This document shows, one piece after another, positions 39,082-49,150 of a DNA stretch of 64,000 nt. Position numbers and translations under genes: made by a program. The DNA is taken from the NCBI GenBank assembly GCA_964632125.1, contig CAZWEF010000002.1:13675-77674 (forward strand), read 5' to 3'. The notes beneath the pieces were generated by a model that was not told where the DNA came from, ran no database searches, and worked only from the letters and a program-made list of their open reading frames with translations. Positions within the stretch are counted from its first letter, which is position 1. Every line of letters begins with the position of its first letter. This stretch comes from an uncultured Erysipelotrichales bacterium. GTDB taxonomy: Bacteria > Bacillota_I > Bacilli_A > Erysipelotrichales > CAZWEF01.

Positions 39082-39741
39082 TTATTCTAATCGATAACCA
39101 AGTCCGCGAATGGTTGACAATGTTAACTCACTCTTTGCAAGTTTATCTCTTAATTTAAAGACATGGACATCCACAATACGCGTATCACCATCATAACTAT
39201 ACCCCCAAATAGCTTGAAGAATTTGATCACGATTAAGGGCAACATTGACATTCTTTATAAAATAAACAAGTAACTCGAACTCTTTTTTAGTAAGATCAAT
39301 GACTTCATCACCAATCATAACTTCATGACGTTTGTAATCAACACTAATATCAGCAAGTTGACTAATTTGATTATCCACTTTAACACGTCTTAAATGAGCT
39401 AATAAGCGTGCTGATAATTCTCGAGAAGAAAAAGGTTTTTTCAAATAGTCATCTGCACCAGCCTCTAAGCCACTAACCACATCAAGTTCATCAGATTTAG
39501 CAGAAGCCATGACGATTACACTTTGTATATTGGCTGTACGTAGTGCTTTTATGATGTCAGGACCTTCCATTTTTGGCAACATCCAATCAACGATGATGAC
39601 ATCAAAGTGACTCTCTTTTGCTTTTTTTAACCCCAAATCACCAGTTGTTGCTACTTCAACTTCATACCCCTCTTTTTTTAAATCATATGCCATAATTTTT
39701 GCGAGTGACACTTCATCTTCAATGATCAAGATTCGTTTCAT
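39082..39741 (-). CDS. OmpR/PhoB-family response regulator
   Basis: Receiver domain (DVIIVDWMLPKMEG phospho-acceptor Asp region, KP) and a winged-helix C-terminus (LTKKEFELLVYF...RGLGYRL). Confidence 0.9.
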   Translation of the reverse strand: MKRILIIEDEVSLAKIMAYDLKKEGYEVEVATTGDLGLKKAKESHFDVIIVDWMLPKMEGPDIIKALRTANIQSVIVMASAKSDELDVVSGLEAGADDYLKKPFSSRELSARLLAHLRRVKVDNQISQLADISVDYKRHEVMIGDEVIDLTKKEFELLVYFIKNVNVALNRDQILQAIWGYSYDGDTRIVDVHVFKLRDKLAKSELTLSTIRGLGYRLE

Positions 39742-40970
39742 GATTCAACCTCCTCAATAATGGGTAAAACAACTTTAAACATAGTACCTCGGTCAACCTG
39801 ACTTGAAACCTCCAAAATACCTTTATATTTACCAACTATGCTTTCAACAATACAAAGACCAAGTCCGGTACCCCCAGTATCTCTTGATCGTGCTTTTTCA
39901 ACACGATAAAAGCGTTCAAATATATGGTCTAGTTCAGCTTGTGTCATCCCAATGCCTGTATCCTCTACAAGCATGGTGAGTTGGTCATCACATTCAATGA
40001 AAACATGGATGTACCCTGCATCTGTATAGCGAATGGCGTTTGAAATAAGGTTGGTTAAGATTGTTTGTACTTTTCTTTTATCAATATAGGCTGTTTTATG
40101 TCCTTTGTATTCATAAATTAGTTTCACATCTTTTTCATCTGCCTTGGTTTTGTATAAACTAACGATATCACCAACTAACTCTTGAATATTGATGTATTCA
40201 AATCGCATCTTAACTTGAGGACTAGAAAACTTAGTGAGTTCCGATAAATCATTGATCAAATCATTCATTCTTTCAACTTCTTTGATTAAAATACCCATGA
40301 AATCTTCAAACACTTCACGTTGATCAAATCCATCATGTTTTAGAATATTCAGGGATCCTATTATAGCTGACATTGGTGTTTTTAATTCATGTGAGGCATC
40401 TGCAATAAATTGCTTCTGCGTTATTTCAATTTGTTTTAACACGGTTACATCTTGAAAAATAAAGGCACCACCATGAAACTGTTTTTGTATCACCATTGGT
40501 GAAAACAACACTTGATAAGCATGTTCCTTATAATTTAATGGTTGAACAAACCCTTTTTCATATAAATAACCTTGATCAACGATACTTAGTAAGTCAGGTG
40601 CATCTTTTAGTAAAGCTTGAAAAGACATACCATCTTGATAATCAACATCAATCATTTTTTTTGCAGCATCATTGATGATTGTAATCATACCCTCATCATT
40701 AATCAATAAAACAGGGATCTCAAGATTGGCAACAACGACTTCTAATTGTGTTGATTGTTGTTGATGTTTAAATGTCATCACGGTGTTGTTGTAATCAAGG
40801 ATTTTTCGTTGATCATTTAACCGTCTTTTATCTTTGTAATAACGAGATAGATAAATGCTCACTATGACACCAATGAGAAGCATACCAATAAAAACAATGC
40901 GTTGTGTTACAGCAATCAAAACCAATGCAAAGACAGTACTGATGATGAGTAAAAAAAGTTCCCTAATCAT
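39738..40970 (-). CDS. Sensor histidine kinase (TM-PAS-HisKA-HATPase)
   Basis: H-box FIADASHELKTPMSAI, N box LISNAIRY, G boxes EDTGIGM / GGTGLGL. Start set to ATG 40970; the track start at 41009 is a TTG without an SD. Confidence 0.85.
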   Translation of the reverse strand: MIRELFLLIISTVFALVLIAVTQRIVFIGMLLIGVIVSIYLSRYYKDKRRLNDQRKILDYNNTVMTFKHQQQSTQLEVVVANLEIPVLLINDEGMITIINDAAKKMIDVDYQDGMSFQALLKDAPDLLSIVDQGYLYEKGFVQPLNYKEHAYQVLFSPMVIQKQFHGGAFIFQDVTVLKQIEITQKQFIADASHELKTPMSAIIGSLNILKHDGFDQREVFEDFMGILIKEVERMNDLINDLSELTKFSSPQVKMRFEYINIQELVGDIVSLYKTKADEKDVKLIYEYKGHKTAYIDKRKVQTILTNLISNAIRYTDAGYIHVFIECDDQLTMLVEDTGIGMTQAELDHIFERFYRVEKARSRDTGGTGLGLCIVESIVGKYKGILEVSSQVDRGTMFKVVLPIIEEVES

Positions 40971-41916
40971 GATCAACCTGTTGATATGCTTCAATAATTT
41001 TTTGTACAATTGGGTGTCTTACAACATCATAAGCATCAAAGAAAACAAATCCAATACCATCAATACCACTTAAAATCGTTTTGGCTTTTAAAAGCCCTGA
41101 CTCAACCTTTTTTGGTAAATCAATTTGTGTTACATCACCAGTAATCACCATCTTTGATTGTTTACCAAGTCTTGTTAAGAACATTCGCATTTGAGCATCT
41201 GTTGTGTTTTGAGCTTCGTCAAGGATAATATAAGCATCGTCTAGTGTTCGCCCTCTCATGTACGCAAGTGGCGCAATTTCAATGATGTTCTTTTCAATGA
41301 GCCTCGTTGTTTGTTCAAACCCTAATAATTCATAAAGCGCATCATATAAAGGTCTTAAATAAGGATCAACCTTTTCTTTCAAATCACCTGGTAAAAAGCC
41401 TAAATTCTCACCCGCTTCAACCGCTGGTCGTGTCAAAAGAATACGAGAAACATTTCCTTGTTTTAACGCTTGAACAGCGTCTACGACAGCCAAGTATGTC
41501 TTTCCTGTACCAGCTGGTCCAATTCCAAATGTCACAGCATGATGTTGAAGTGTTTTCATGTATAAATCTTGATTAGGTGTTTTGGTATAGATTGGCTTAC
41601 CGGCTTCTGTTTTTGCGATTCTTTGACCATTGTAGGTATCAGCATTAGGCTTAATCATCAACCGATTGATTGCCTGTTGGATTTCAATAACGCTCAGCTC
41701 TTTATGTACTTTTACATAATCAACCAGTGCATCAAAAAGTTTAATGACCATCATCTCTTGTGTTGTATCTACGTCAATAATCAGTTCATGTCCACGTTCT
41801 TGAATACTTAAACCAAGTTGCTTTTCAATGTATCTTAGATGACTTTGATGAATCCCAACAAGTTGTTGGAGTTGTTCCATCTCTTCTACATCAAGTGTAA
41901 CATTTATTTTTTTCAT
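40963..41916 (-). CDS. phoH: PhoH-like ATPase (YqfE/PhoH)
   Basis: Walker A GPAGTGKTYLAV, ILDEAQN, and a KH-like N-terminal domain. Confidence 0.9.
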   Translation of the reverse strand: MKKINVTLDVEEMEQLQQLVGIHQSHLRYIEKQLGLSIQERGHELIIDVDTTQEMMVIKLFDALVDYVKVHKELSVIEIQQAINRLMIKPNADTYNGQRIAKTEAGKPIYTKTPNQDLYMKTLQHHAVTFGIGPAGTGKTYLAVVDAVQALKQGNVSRILLTRPAVEAGENLGFLPGDLKEKVDPYLRPLYDALYELLGFEQTTRLIEKNIIEIAPLAYMRGRTLDDAYIILDEAQNTTDAQMRMFLTRLGKQSKMVITGDVTQIDLPKKVESGLLKAKTILSGIDGIGFVFFDAYDVVRHPIVQKIIEAYQQVDHD

Positions 41917-41962
41917 TTTATCACCACTTATATTTTACTATGTTCTACCAAGAATGAAAAGT

Positions 41963-41993
41963 AAAAAAGAAAAAAGACCTACTTAGTAGATCC
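41963..41993 (-). terminator. Probable terminator after rpsU
   Basis: Minus strand: GATCT-ACTAAGT-AGGTC (one G-U pair) followed by TTTTTT. Confidence 0.4.
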
Positions 41994-42176
41994 TTAACGT
42001 GATTTTGTACGATTTTTTCTTGCTGCTTCTGACTTTAATTTACGTTTAATTCCTGGTTTAACATAAAATTCTCTTTTACGTGCTTCAGCAAGGGTACCTG
42101 TTCTTGACACCTGACGTTTAAAACGTCTCAATGCTTCCTCAAGTGACTCATTCTCTCTCACTACAGTTTTCGCCAT
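41994..42176 (-). CDS. rpsU: 30S ribosomal protein S21
   Basis: 60 aa, [27 protein letters not shown]... Confidence 0.95.
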   Translation of the reverse strand: MAKTVVRENESLEEALRRFKRQVSRTGTLAEARKREFYVKPGIKRKLKSEAARKNRTKSR

Positions 42177-42211
42177 ATGAACCGCCCCCTCTCTACATCG
42201 AACTATTAATC

Positions 42212-42240
42212 ATTATATACAAGTTCTCATTAAAATGCAA
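42212..42240 (-). promoter_or_regulatory. SigA-type promoter for rpsU (TTGCAT-17-TATAAT)
   Basis: Minus strand: TTGCAT 42240-42235 and TATAAT 42217-42212. Confidence 0.5.
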
Positions 42241-42357
42241 CACATTTCTTAAGAAAATTGCACATTATCATCAAATGTGTTCATAACAATTATTTAAGAG
42301 CGTATTTTACATGGAAATCAGTTTGATACAGGTGACATGAAACTTTATTTTAACTTA

Positions 42358-43095
42358 CTAGTTATGAATTAAGGAAGCTGCTGCTTCATCAAGAATTAAA
42401 ATTAAATCTGTATGAAGTTGAAACAAAGTTACAGGAAGATTGGTATCTATAACACCGCTAGTGAGTGCTTGACATATTGGGGCTTTTTCTTTACCACTTG
42501 CAATGATGCATAGTTTTTTTGCTTGCATCACTGATTTAGGACCTAGTGTCACATAGTAATCAGGTATAAATGCTTTTCCTTGTACTTCTTGTTCAATGAT
42601 GCCTAACATGGTTTCACTTATATCACAATCTACTTTTGAGGTCCAATCATTCATCGTTGTCGTATTTGGTAAATTACCACAAAAATGACCATCTACACCA
42701 ACACCCATGATTAAATAATCAAGTCCTCCTTCTGATTTTATATAATCATCATAGTGTTCATAATTGAGATGATTGAGGTAATGAATTTGCGGTTCTTGAA
42801 TGCATGCAGGGTCTAAAAACATTGATTTCAAATTAGACATTGTGACGCCATAACCATCCCTTCCGCGATAAGGAATTTCATCAAAGTTAAAATAATGAAC
42901 ATGATCGAAATTGCCTTTCACGTCATCAATCATCAAATCATACATCAGTTTAGGTGTTTTGCCAGCTGTTATCGCCATATTCACACGTTTTGTTGTCATC
43001 ATTTGTGAGATTGTTAATTGTTTTGCAATCTCACTCATTTCTTGATAATCTTTTCCTACCAACACTTTCATACCTGTTATCTTAATTTCTCTCAT
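42358..43095 (-). CDS. Glucosamine-6-phosphate deaminase/isomerase family protein (NagB/6PGL superfamily)
   Basis: AITAGKTP, FNFDEI, GVGVDGHFCGNLP and LDEAAASL align with NagB motifs (ATGGTP, NLDEY, GIGxNGHIxFNEP, DxxAAxxL). Confidence 0.7.
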   Translation of the reverse strand: MREIKITGMKVLVGKDYQEMSEIAKQLTISQMMTTKRVNMAITAGKTPKLMYDLMIDDVKGNFDHVHYFNFDEIPYRGRDGYGVTMSNLKSMFLDPACIQEPQIHYLNHLNYEHYDDYIKSEGGLDYLIMGVGVDGHFCGNLPNTTTMNDWTSKVDCDISETMLGIIEQEVQGKAFIPDYYVTLGPKSVMQAKKLCIIASGKEKAPICQALTSGVIDTNLPVTLFQLHTDLILILDEAAASLIHN

Positions 43096-43393
43096 TTCTT
43101 TTCCTTTCTTGAGTACAATTATTTAGTGAATGTAATAGGCATGTACTCAAAATAAAAAACCTATTTACATACCAAAAACAGTAAACAGGTTTTGCTTGCG
43201 AACAATCACAATCCATGACTTTATCATAACACATTTCGTTGTTTTGTCAATAAGGTTTGAAATGTTTGTTATCTCATATACAGATGAATAAACTTACTTA
43301 GCTTTTATTCATTTTATCATTACATGGTCTTATGCTAGTTTTCACTATAACTTTGTTTTATTTTTTGTTATAATGTTGCTTGAGGTTGATAAA

Positions 43394-44806
43394 ATGAATA
43401 TAAATGAAATTGTACAAGCTTTAAAGTCATTACAAGTCCATGCGATTAAAACAAGTTCAAAAGACATTGAATCTGGTGATGCTTTTTTATGCATCATGGG
43501 TCAAAAGGTTGATCGTCATGATTATATAGAAGATGCAGTGAAACGCGGAGCAAGCGCCATCATCGCATCAAAAGTTGTTGAAACAACTGTCCCTGTTTTC
43601 TATTTAGATAACATTAATGATCAACAATATGCTTTACTTCAAGCTTTTTATGAGAACCCACAAAAAAAGATTACCATGATTGGCGTTACAGGAACAGATG
43701 GCAAAACGTCTACTGCAACGATTCTTTATTCGTTGCTTTACCCTTTTCAAGATTGTGGTTATATGGGAACTAATGGTATTTACTCTAAAGATATTGAATT
43801 ACCTGCAGCGAATACAACGCCAAGCTATGAAACATTGTTGCATGCACTATCAACATTCATCAAGCATGATGTGCCCACAGTAGCGATGGAAGTCTCATCT
43901 GAAGGTATTTATGCTAATAGGATTAAGGATCTTTTATTTGATGTTGCGATTTTCACGAATCTTTCGCCTGAGCATCTAAATACACATCATACAATGGAAG
44001 CTTATTTTAAAGAAAAAGCAAAGTTATTTGATCAAATAAAAGAACATGGTATTGCGATTATTAATGGTGATGATGTTTATGGTAAACAAATCAAGTCTCC
44101 TGAAAATATCATCTATTATGGTCAAGATTCCTCAAATGATGTTCAAATCGTGGACCTTGATTGTCGTCAAGATGGGCTATCATTTAAGCTTCAAACAAAA
44201 GATAATCTTTATTCTATTGAAACGAATCTAATTGGTGCTTTTAATGCATATAACTTAACAGCAGCTCTTATCACATGTATGCATCTTGGTATAGATATTA
44301 AAGACCTCATACAACCTATGAAACACTTATTTATTAAGGGAAGAATGAATCGCATAACATTAGGGCAAGCGTTTGAAGTCATTATTGATTATGCACACAC
44401 ACCTAATGGGTTAAGACAATTATTTGAAACCATAAACGAAAGTAAAAAAGGGAAATCCATTGTTGTTATTGGAAGTGCAGGTGGAAGAGATGTTTATAAA
44501 CGTCCAGAAATGGGTCAAATTGTCGCTTCAATGAATGATTATGTTGTGTTCACACAAGAAGACCCTCGATTTGAAGATCCCCAAGATATCATCAATGCAA
44601 TGGTATCTAAGATTGAAACAAATAACTATGACATAGTTGTGGATCGTTATGAAGCCATTGAACATGCCTTAAAAATGGCAAGTCCTGGCGATGTCGTGAT
44701 GATTCTTGGTAAAGGTCAAGAGAATTATCAAATGATTCAAGATAAAAAAATAACATTTAATGATTATGATGTTGCCTGTGAAATCATAAAAGGTCTTGTT
44801 AATTAA
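43394..44806 (+). CDS. murE: UDP-N-acetylmuramoyl-L-alanyl-D-glutamate--2,6-diaminopimelate ligase (MurE; DAP-type inferred)
   Basis: GVTGTDGKTST P-loop, DYAHTP, and EDPRFEDP at the DNPR position (Arg retained, as in meso-DAP enzymes). Start at ATG 43394 (GAGGT upstream). Confidence 0.85.
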   Translation: MNINEIVQALKSLQVHAIKTSSKDIESGDAFLCIMGQKVDRHDYIEDAVKRGASAIIASKVVETTVPVFYLDNINDQQYALLQAFYENPQKKITMIGVTGTDGKTSTATILYSLLYPFQDCGYMGTNGIYSKDIELPAANTTPSYETLLHALSTFIKHDVPTVAMEVSSEGIYANRIKDLLFDVAIFTNLSPEHLNTHHTMEAYFKEKAKLFDQIKEHGIAIINGDDVYGKQIKSPENIIYYGQDSSNDVQIVDLDCRQDGLSFKLQTKDNLYSIETNLIGAFNAYNLTAALITCMHLGIDIKDLIQPMKHLFIKGRMNRITLGQAFEVIIDYAHTPNGLRQLFETINESKKGKSIVVIGSAGGRDVYKRPEMGQIVASMNDYVVFTQEDPRFEDPQDIINAMVSKIETNNYDIVVDRYEAIEHALKMASPGDVVMILGKGQENYQMIQDKKITFNDYDVACEIIKGLVN

Positions 44807-44816
44807 GACCTTTTAT
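44786..44816. terminator. 12-bp perfect inverted repeat spanning the overlapping stop codons of the convergent murE and arginase genes; likely bidirectional terminator
   Basis: ATAAAAGGTCTT (44786-44797), loop GTTAATT, AAGACCTTTTAT (44805-44816). T-rich on both strands after the stem. Confidence 0.55.
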
Positions 44817-45689
44817 TGTATCTGCAATTGTTGTGAGTAGTTGTTCAACTTTTTTGATATCTTGATTGGTATCTAATTGGGGATGATATTCAACAAAGTC
44901 AAATGATACAATTGGTAATTCTTTAAAGAAACAAGCAAGCGCATAACTGACATCTTCCATTGTTAGCCCATCTTTTTCTTTAACTCCTGTAGCTCCAAAT
45001 ATCAAAGGATCTAACACATCTAAATCAAAACTCAAATGGACATATTGAGTGTCAATAGATGCAATCATTTGTTTCACAGCTTCTTTGATACCAAGTAGTT
45101 TAATCATATGACTAGACATTAAATGAATTGATTTGTCTTTAATGACTGATGCCTCCATTGGATCAATACTTCTCGCACCAAAATAATGTAAATGTTGTTC
45201 ATCTATTTTAGGTCCATCAAACAAAAGATTGTTGTATGCTTCATCTGCCATCAGTCCTAACGTAGCAGCAAGTGGCATACCATGAGCGTTACGTGAAGGA
45301 CTGCCCTTTTCGATGTTAATATCGCTATGCGCATCAAACCAAATAACTGATAAGTTTTCTCTACCCACATGCTTTGATACACCAGCAATTGTTGACATAC
45401 CCAATGTGTGGTCACCACCAACAACAAATGGAAACAGTGACTGACTCATCGCAAGGTCAACTTCTTTAGCAAGTGTTGTGCATAATGCGAGCACATCATC
45501 TCGATATTTAATGGGACTTACACCATCATCTTGACTTGTTTTTAATGCATCAATTTGTTTAACGCAGTTTAGCATAGGTTTGAGTTTTTCTTTTAGAAAA
45601 GGGACAAGATATTGTGGTGCTTTGTCAACACCTTTATTGTCACAACCTTGATATAAGGGCAACCCAATGAGGGCAATTTTTTTAGTCAT
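44799..45689 (-). CDS. rocF: Arginase (ureohydrolase family)
   Basis: GGDHT, DAHSDIN, SPSRNAHGMPLA (arginase-type GNxHGMP region) and SFDLDVLDP manganese-ligand motifs. ~296 aa. Confidence 0.75.
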   Translation of the reverse strand: MTKKIALIGLPLYQGCDNKGVDKAPQYLVPFLKEKLKPMLNCVKQIDALKTSQDDGVSPIKYRDDVLALCTTLAKEVDLAMSQSLFPFVVGGDHTLGMSTIAGVSKHVGRENLSVIWFDAHSDINIEKGSPSRNAHGMPLAATLGLMADEAYNNLLFDGPKIDEQHLHYFGARSIDPMEASVIKDKSIHLMSSHMIKLLGIKEAVKQMIASIDTQYVHLSFDLDVLDPLIFGATGVKEKDGLTMEDVSYALACFFKELPIVSFDFVEYHPQLDTNQDIKKVEQLLTTIADTIKGLN

Positions 45690-46983
45690 GGATGATTTCT
45701 CCTTTACACCCTTGTGGCGTTACTTCAATAATTTTAACAGCTAAAAGTTGACCTTTTAAATCAACATCTGATTGAACATAGACTTCTAAGAATTCACCAC
45801 TGTGTCCAAAATAACCAAGATCAGTTGGTGATTCAAAAATAACATCTACAACTTTCCCCACAAACGTTAAGGCATATTCGTGACTTAGTTGCTTACTTAA
45901 AAAGGTTAAACGTTGTACACGCTTTTGCTTAGTAGATTCATCAATTTGATTATCCATTTTTGCAGCAGGCGTGTTTTTTCGTTGTGAATATGGGAACACA
46001 TGTAAACTCGTAAACCCAATTTCTTTGATGTTTGAAACTGTTTGTAGATACAACTCATCTGTTTCACCAGGAAATCCAACAATAACATCGGTTGAGATAG
46101 CAATATTTTCAACTGCAGCTTTAATCAAATGAATTTTTTCTTTGAATTCAGCAATTGTATATTTTCGTCTCATCGCTGTTAAAATGGGATCACTACCTGC
46201 TTGTATCGGAATATGGAGATGCTTCACAATAATGGACGAATGTTTCATCATTTCAATAAAACGTTCACTTATTTGACTGGCTTCAATAGAAGAGACGCGC
46301 AACCTTTTTAAACCAATTACTTTTGTTGTAAGTGCTTCTATCAGGTCGTCAAAGCAGTAATCTTGAAGATCTTCACCATATCCAGCAGTATGGATACCTG
46401 TCAAAACAATTTCTTTGAATCCATGATCCACTAAAGTTTGTGCTTCAAGTAAAACATCCTCAGGTTTTCTTGAACGTATCTTTCCACGAGCAAATGGAAT
46501 AATACAAAATGTACAATAATTATTACACCCTTCTTGAATCTTTAAAAAAGCACGTGTATTTTCTTTAAATGAAGTCACTTCAAGTCCTTCAAATGTCTTT
46601 TGCCTCATGATGTTTTCAACATCAACTATTTGTTGCTTACTCTTTATATGAGCTTCAATGTGGTCCAGTAAACGATCACGGTACTGTGTCCCCATGACAA
46701 TGTCTACCCCTTCCATTTGTTTAACTGCATCCTGGTCAACTTGTGCATAACAACCAACAACACAAACAATCGCATTTGGGTTTGTTTTAACTGCTTGTCT
46801 TATTTTTTGGCGACTTTTCTTATCTCCAGTATTGGTTACTGTACAAGTGTTGATGATGTAGATATCTGCGATAGATTTAAAGGGTACGTGGTAATAACCA
46901 CCACTCTCCATGAGTCGAATCATCGCCTCTGACTCGTAACTATTGACCTTGCATCCAAGGGTGTGGATTGCAAATGTTTTCAT
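45682..46983 (-). CDS. mtaB: tRNA (N6-threonylcarbamoyladenosine) methylthiotransferase MtaB (YqeV)
   Basis: UPF0004 N-terminal Cys triad (LGCKVN...NTCTVT...GC), radical SAM CNNYCTFCIIP, and a TRAM C-terminus. rsmE-mtaB synteny. Confidence 0.85.
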   Translation of the reverse strand: MKTFAIHTLGCKVNSYESEAMIRLMESGGYYHVPFKSIADIYIINTCTVTNTGDKKSRQKIRQAVKTNPNAIVCVVGCYAQVDQDAVKQMEGVDIVMGTQYRDRLLDHIEAHIKSKQQIVDVENIMRQKTFEGLEVTSFKENTRAFLKIQEGCNNYCTFCIIPFARGKIRSRKPEDVLLEAQTLVDHGFKEIVLTGIHTAGYGEDLQDYCFDDLIEALTTKVIGLKRLRVSSIEASQISERFIEMMKHSSIIVKHLHIPIQAGSDPILTAMRRKYTIAEFKEKIHLIKAAVENIAISTDVIVGFPGETDELYLQTVSNIKEIGFTSLHVFPYSQRKNTPAAKMDNQIDESTKQKRVQRLTFLSKQLSHEYALTFVGKVVDVIFESPTDLGYFGHSGEFLEVYVQSDVDLKGQLLAVKIIEVTPQGCKGEIIHD

Positions 46984-47724
46984 TTATTCACCTAACTCTC
47001 TTATTAAAACAACAGCACTAAGCATACTAATAGCCGCTGTTTCAGTTCTTAAAATACGTTTACCAAGGGAACATGGGACAAATCCTACAAGTTTAAGCAT
47101 GTCAAGTTCTTGGTCATCAATACCACCTTCTGGTCCAATCACAAGTGCCAAACTTTTTCTGGGTGCCATTTTTTTTATAGTTTGAGTTAAAATTTGTTTG
47201 TTTTCATTATTTTCATATGCAATAAGCTTTTCATCAAAAGCCAACTGACAAAGTTCCTTAGTAGAAATAGGACGTTCAATAACAGGTAAATATGTACGAT
47301 GCGATTGTTCCGCAGCTTCTTTAATAATTGCTTGCCAACGCAACAATTTCTTTTCTACTTTATCTTTATCTAACTTAATAATCGAACGGCGACTCATCCA
47401 AGGAATAACACGTGTCACACCAAGTTCAGTTGCTTTTTGTAAAACATATTCAAACTTTTCAAGTTTTGGCAATCCATAGATTAAGACAACTTCAATATCT
47501 AGTTCATTATTTTCATCTAACATAGACACAATCGATAAAACAAGTGGTTGAAGTGTTTCAATCTTGGTATGATAAAGACAACCTGATTCATCAAAACAAA
47601 TAACAACATCGCCTACTTTACTACGCATAACGTGAACCATATGATGACTATCTTGCTTGTTCATTTCAATGCGTTGACCAACTATTTGAGACGAGTGAAT
47701 GGCATAACGTTGTGTACTACCCAT
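46984..47724 (-). CDS. rsmE: 16S rRNA (uracil1498-N3)-methyltransferase RsmE
   Basis: QRYAI N-terminus, PUA-like domain, and the SPOUT C-terminus with LVIGPEGG...RILRTETA. Confidence 0.85.
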   Translation of the reverse strand: MGSTQRYAIHSSQIVGQRIEMNKQDSHHMVHVMRSKVGDVVICFDESGCLYHTKIETLQPLVLSIVSMLDENNELDIEVVLIYGLPKLEKFEYVLQKATELGVTRVIPWMSRRSIIKLDKDKVEKKLLRWQAIIKEAAEQSHRTYLPVIERPISTKELCQLAFDEKLIAYENNENKQILTQTIKKMAPRKSLALVIGPEGGIDDQELDMLKLVGFVPCSLGKRILRTETAAISMLSAVVLIRELGE

Positions 47725-49150
47725 GAATCTTTAACAACCTCTGTTTTTCTTCCCATAGTTTCAAAGAGAAATCAACATAGTAAGATTGGGGATTTGCAAG
47801 ACGAAGTGTTTCATCCCAAAGCGTTTGTTTTTGATTATCTGCATATGTTTTAATTTGATCAATAGTTGGTTCATCATAAACAAGCTTACCATTTTTGAAA
47901 ATTGGTTCAAGCAATGGAACAACTTCAAAATCATCGACCCATTTTTGTTTCCATGTATAAACGGGGTGAAACAAAAGATACGGTTTAGAATCATCTATTG
48001 TTTCATCTACTAATGTTAACACATCACCGAGCATTTTGCCTGTCTTTTTGCTCATCAATCGATACAACATTTTAAACCCAGGTGTTGTGATTTTCTCTAC
48101 ATTCTCACTGATTTTGATTTTTGAAACAAATGTGTTATCTTTTTTAACCGCAACCAGTTTATAAACACCACCAAAAACAGGTTCTGACTTTGATGTGATC
48201 AGTCTTTCTCCAACACCATAAATATCTACTTTTGCCCCTTGTATTTGAAGTTGTTGAATTAAAAATTCATCAAGTGAATTAGATGCCATAATTTGGCAAT
48301 CATTTAAACCCTCCAAATCTAAAATACGTCTTACTTCTTTAGATAAGTAAGCGATATCACCACTATCAAGTCGGACTGCTTTTAGGCGATGTCCTAAGGG
48401 ATGTAAAACCTCCTTTGCCACTTTTATAGCGTTTGGGAGACCAGACTTAAGGACATTGTAAGTGTCAATTAAAAGAACCGTCTTACTTGGATAAAGCGAT
48501 GCATACGCTTTAAATGATTCATATTCACTGTCAAACATTTGCACCCAAGCATGTGCCATTGTCCCATAAATTGGAACGCCAAAATGTTGATGGGCAATGG
48601 TACATGATGTCCCTGCAACGCCCCCAATATAAGCAGCTCTTGCCCCATAAATTGCAGCATCATAACTTTGTGCTCGGCGAGCACCAAACTCAACAACTGG
48701 TGCACCTTTAGCACTTTGGGTGATGCGGCTAGCTTTTGTCGCGATCAATGTTTGATGATTGATTGTTAGTAAAATCATTGTTTCAACAAATTGAGCTTGC
48801 ATCGCTGGTCCACAAACAACGACTATGGGTTCATTTGGGAAAATCGGTGTTCCCTCTTTAACAGCATAGATGTCACATCTAAAATTAAATTGCTTCAAAT
48901 AATCTAAAAAAGGTTCATGAAACATATCAAGACTTCTTAAATAAGCGATATCTTGATCATCAAAATGCAATTGCTTAATGTAATCAATTAACTGAGATAC
49001 ACCAGCCATAACAGCATAACCACCATCATCAGGAACTTTTCTAAAGTACATATCAAAAACAACATCTTGTTCACTAAATCCTGCTTCAAAATATCCCTGA
49101 CTCATGGTAAATTCATAAAAATCAGTTAACATCGTTAAATTCATTTTCAT
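47717..49150 (-). CDS. pncB: Nicotinate phosphoribosyltransferase
   Basis: LTMLTDFYEFTMSQGY N-terminus, GTMAHAWV, RLDSGD. Start at ATG 49150 (GAAGGAG 9 nt upstream); the track N-terminus MKECHQ reads through the SD. Confidence 0.9.
   Translation of the reverse strand: MKMNLTMLTDFYEFTMSQGYFEAGFSEQDVVFDMYFRKVPDDGGYAVMAGVSQLIDYIKQLHFDDQDIAYLRSLDMFHEPFLDYLKQFNFRCDIYAVKEGTPIFPNEPIVVVCGPAMQAQFVETMILLTINHQTLIATKASRITQSAKGAPVVEFGARRAQSYDAAIYGARAAYIGGVAGTSCTIAHQHFGVPIYGTMAHAWVQMFDSEYESFKAYASLYPSKTVLLIDTYNVLKSGLPNAIKVAKEVLHPLGHRLKAVRLDSGDIAYLSKEVRRILDLEGLNDCQIMASNSLDEFLIQQLQIQGAKVDIYGVGERLITSKSEPVFGGVYKLVAVKKDNTFVSKIKISENVEKITTPGFKMLYRLMSKKTGKMLGDVLTLVDETIDDSKPYLLFHPVYTWKQKWVDDFEVVPLLEPIFKNGKLVYDEPTIDQIKTYADNQKQTLWDETLRLANPQSYYVDFSLKLWEEKQRLLKIHG

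Noticed and set aside
40971-41009. A 47-nt overlap of the histidine kinase gene with phoH when using the track start.
   Set aside because: The track start is a TTG with no SD. ATG at 40970 gives a kinase starting MIRELF... just before its first TM helix, 4 nt after the phoH stop.
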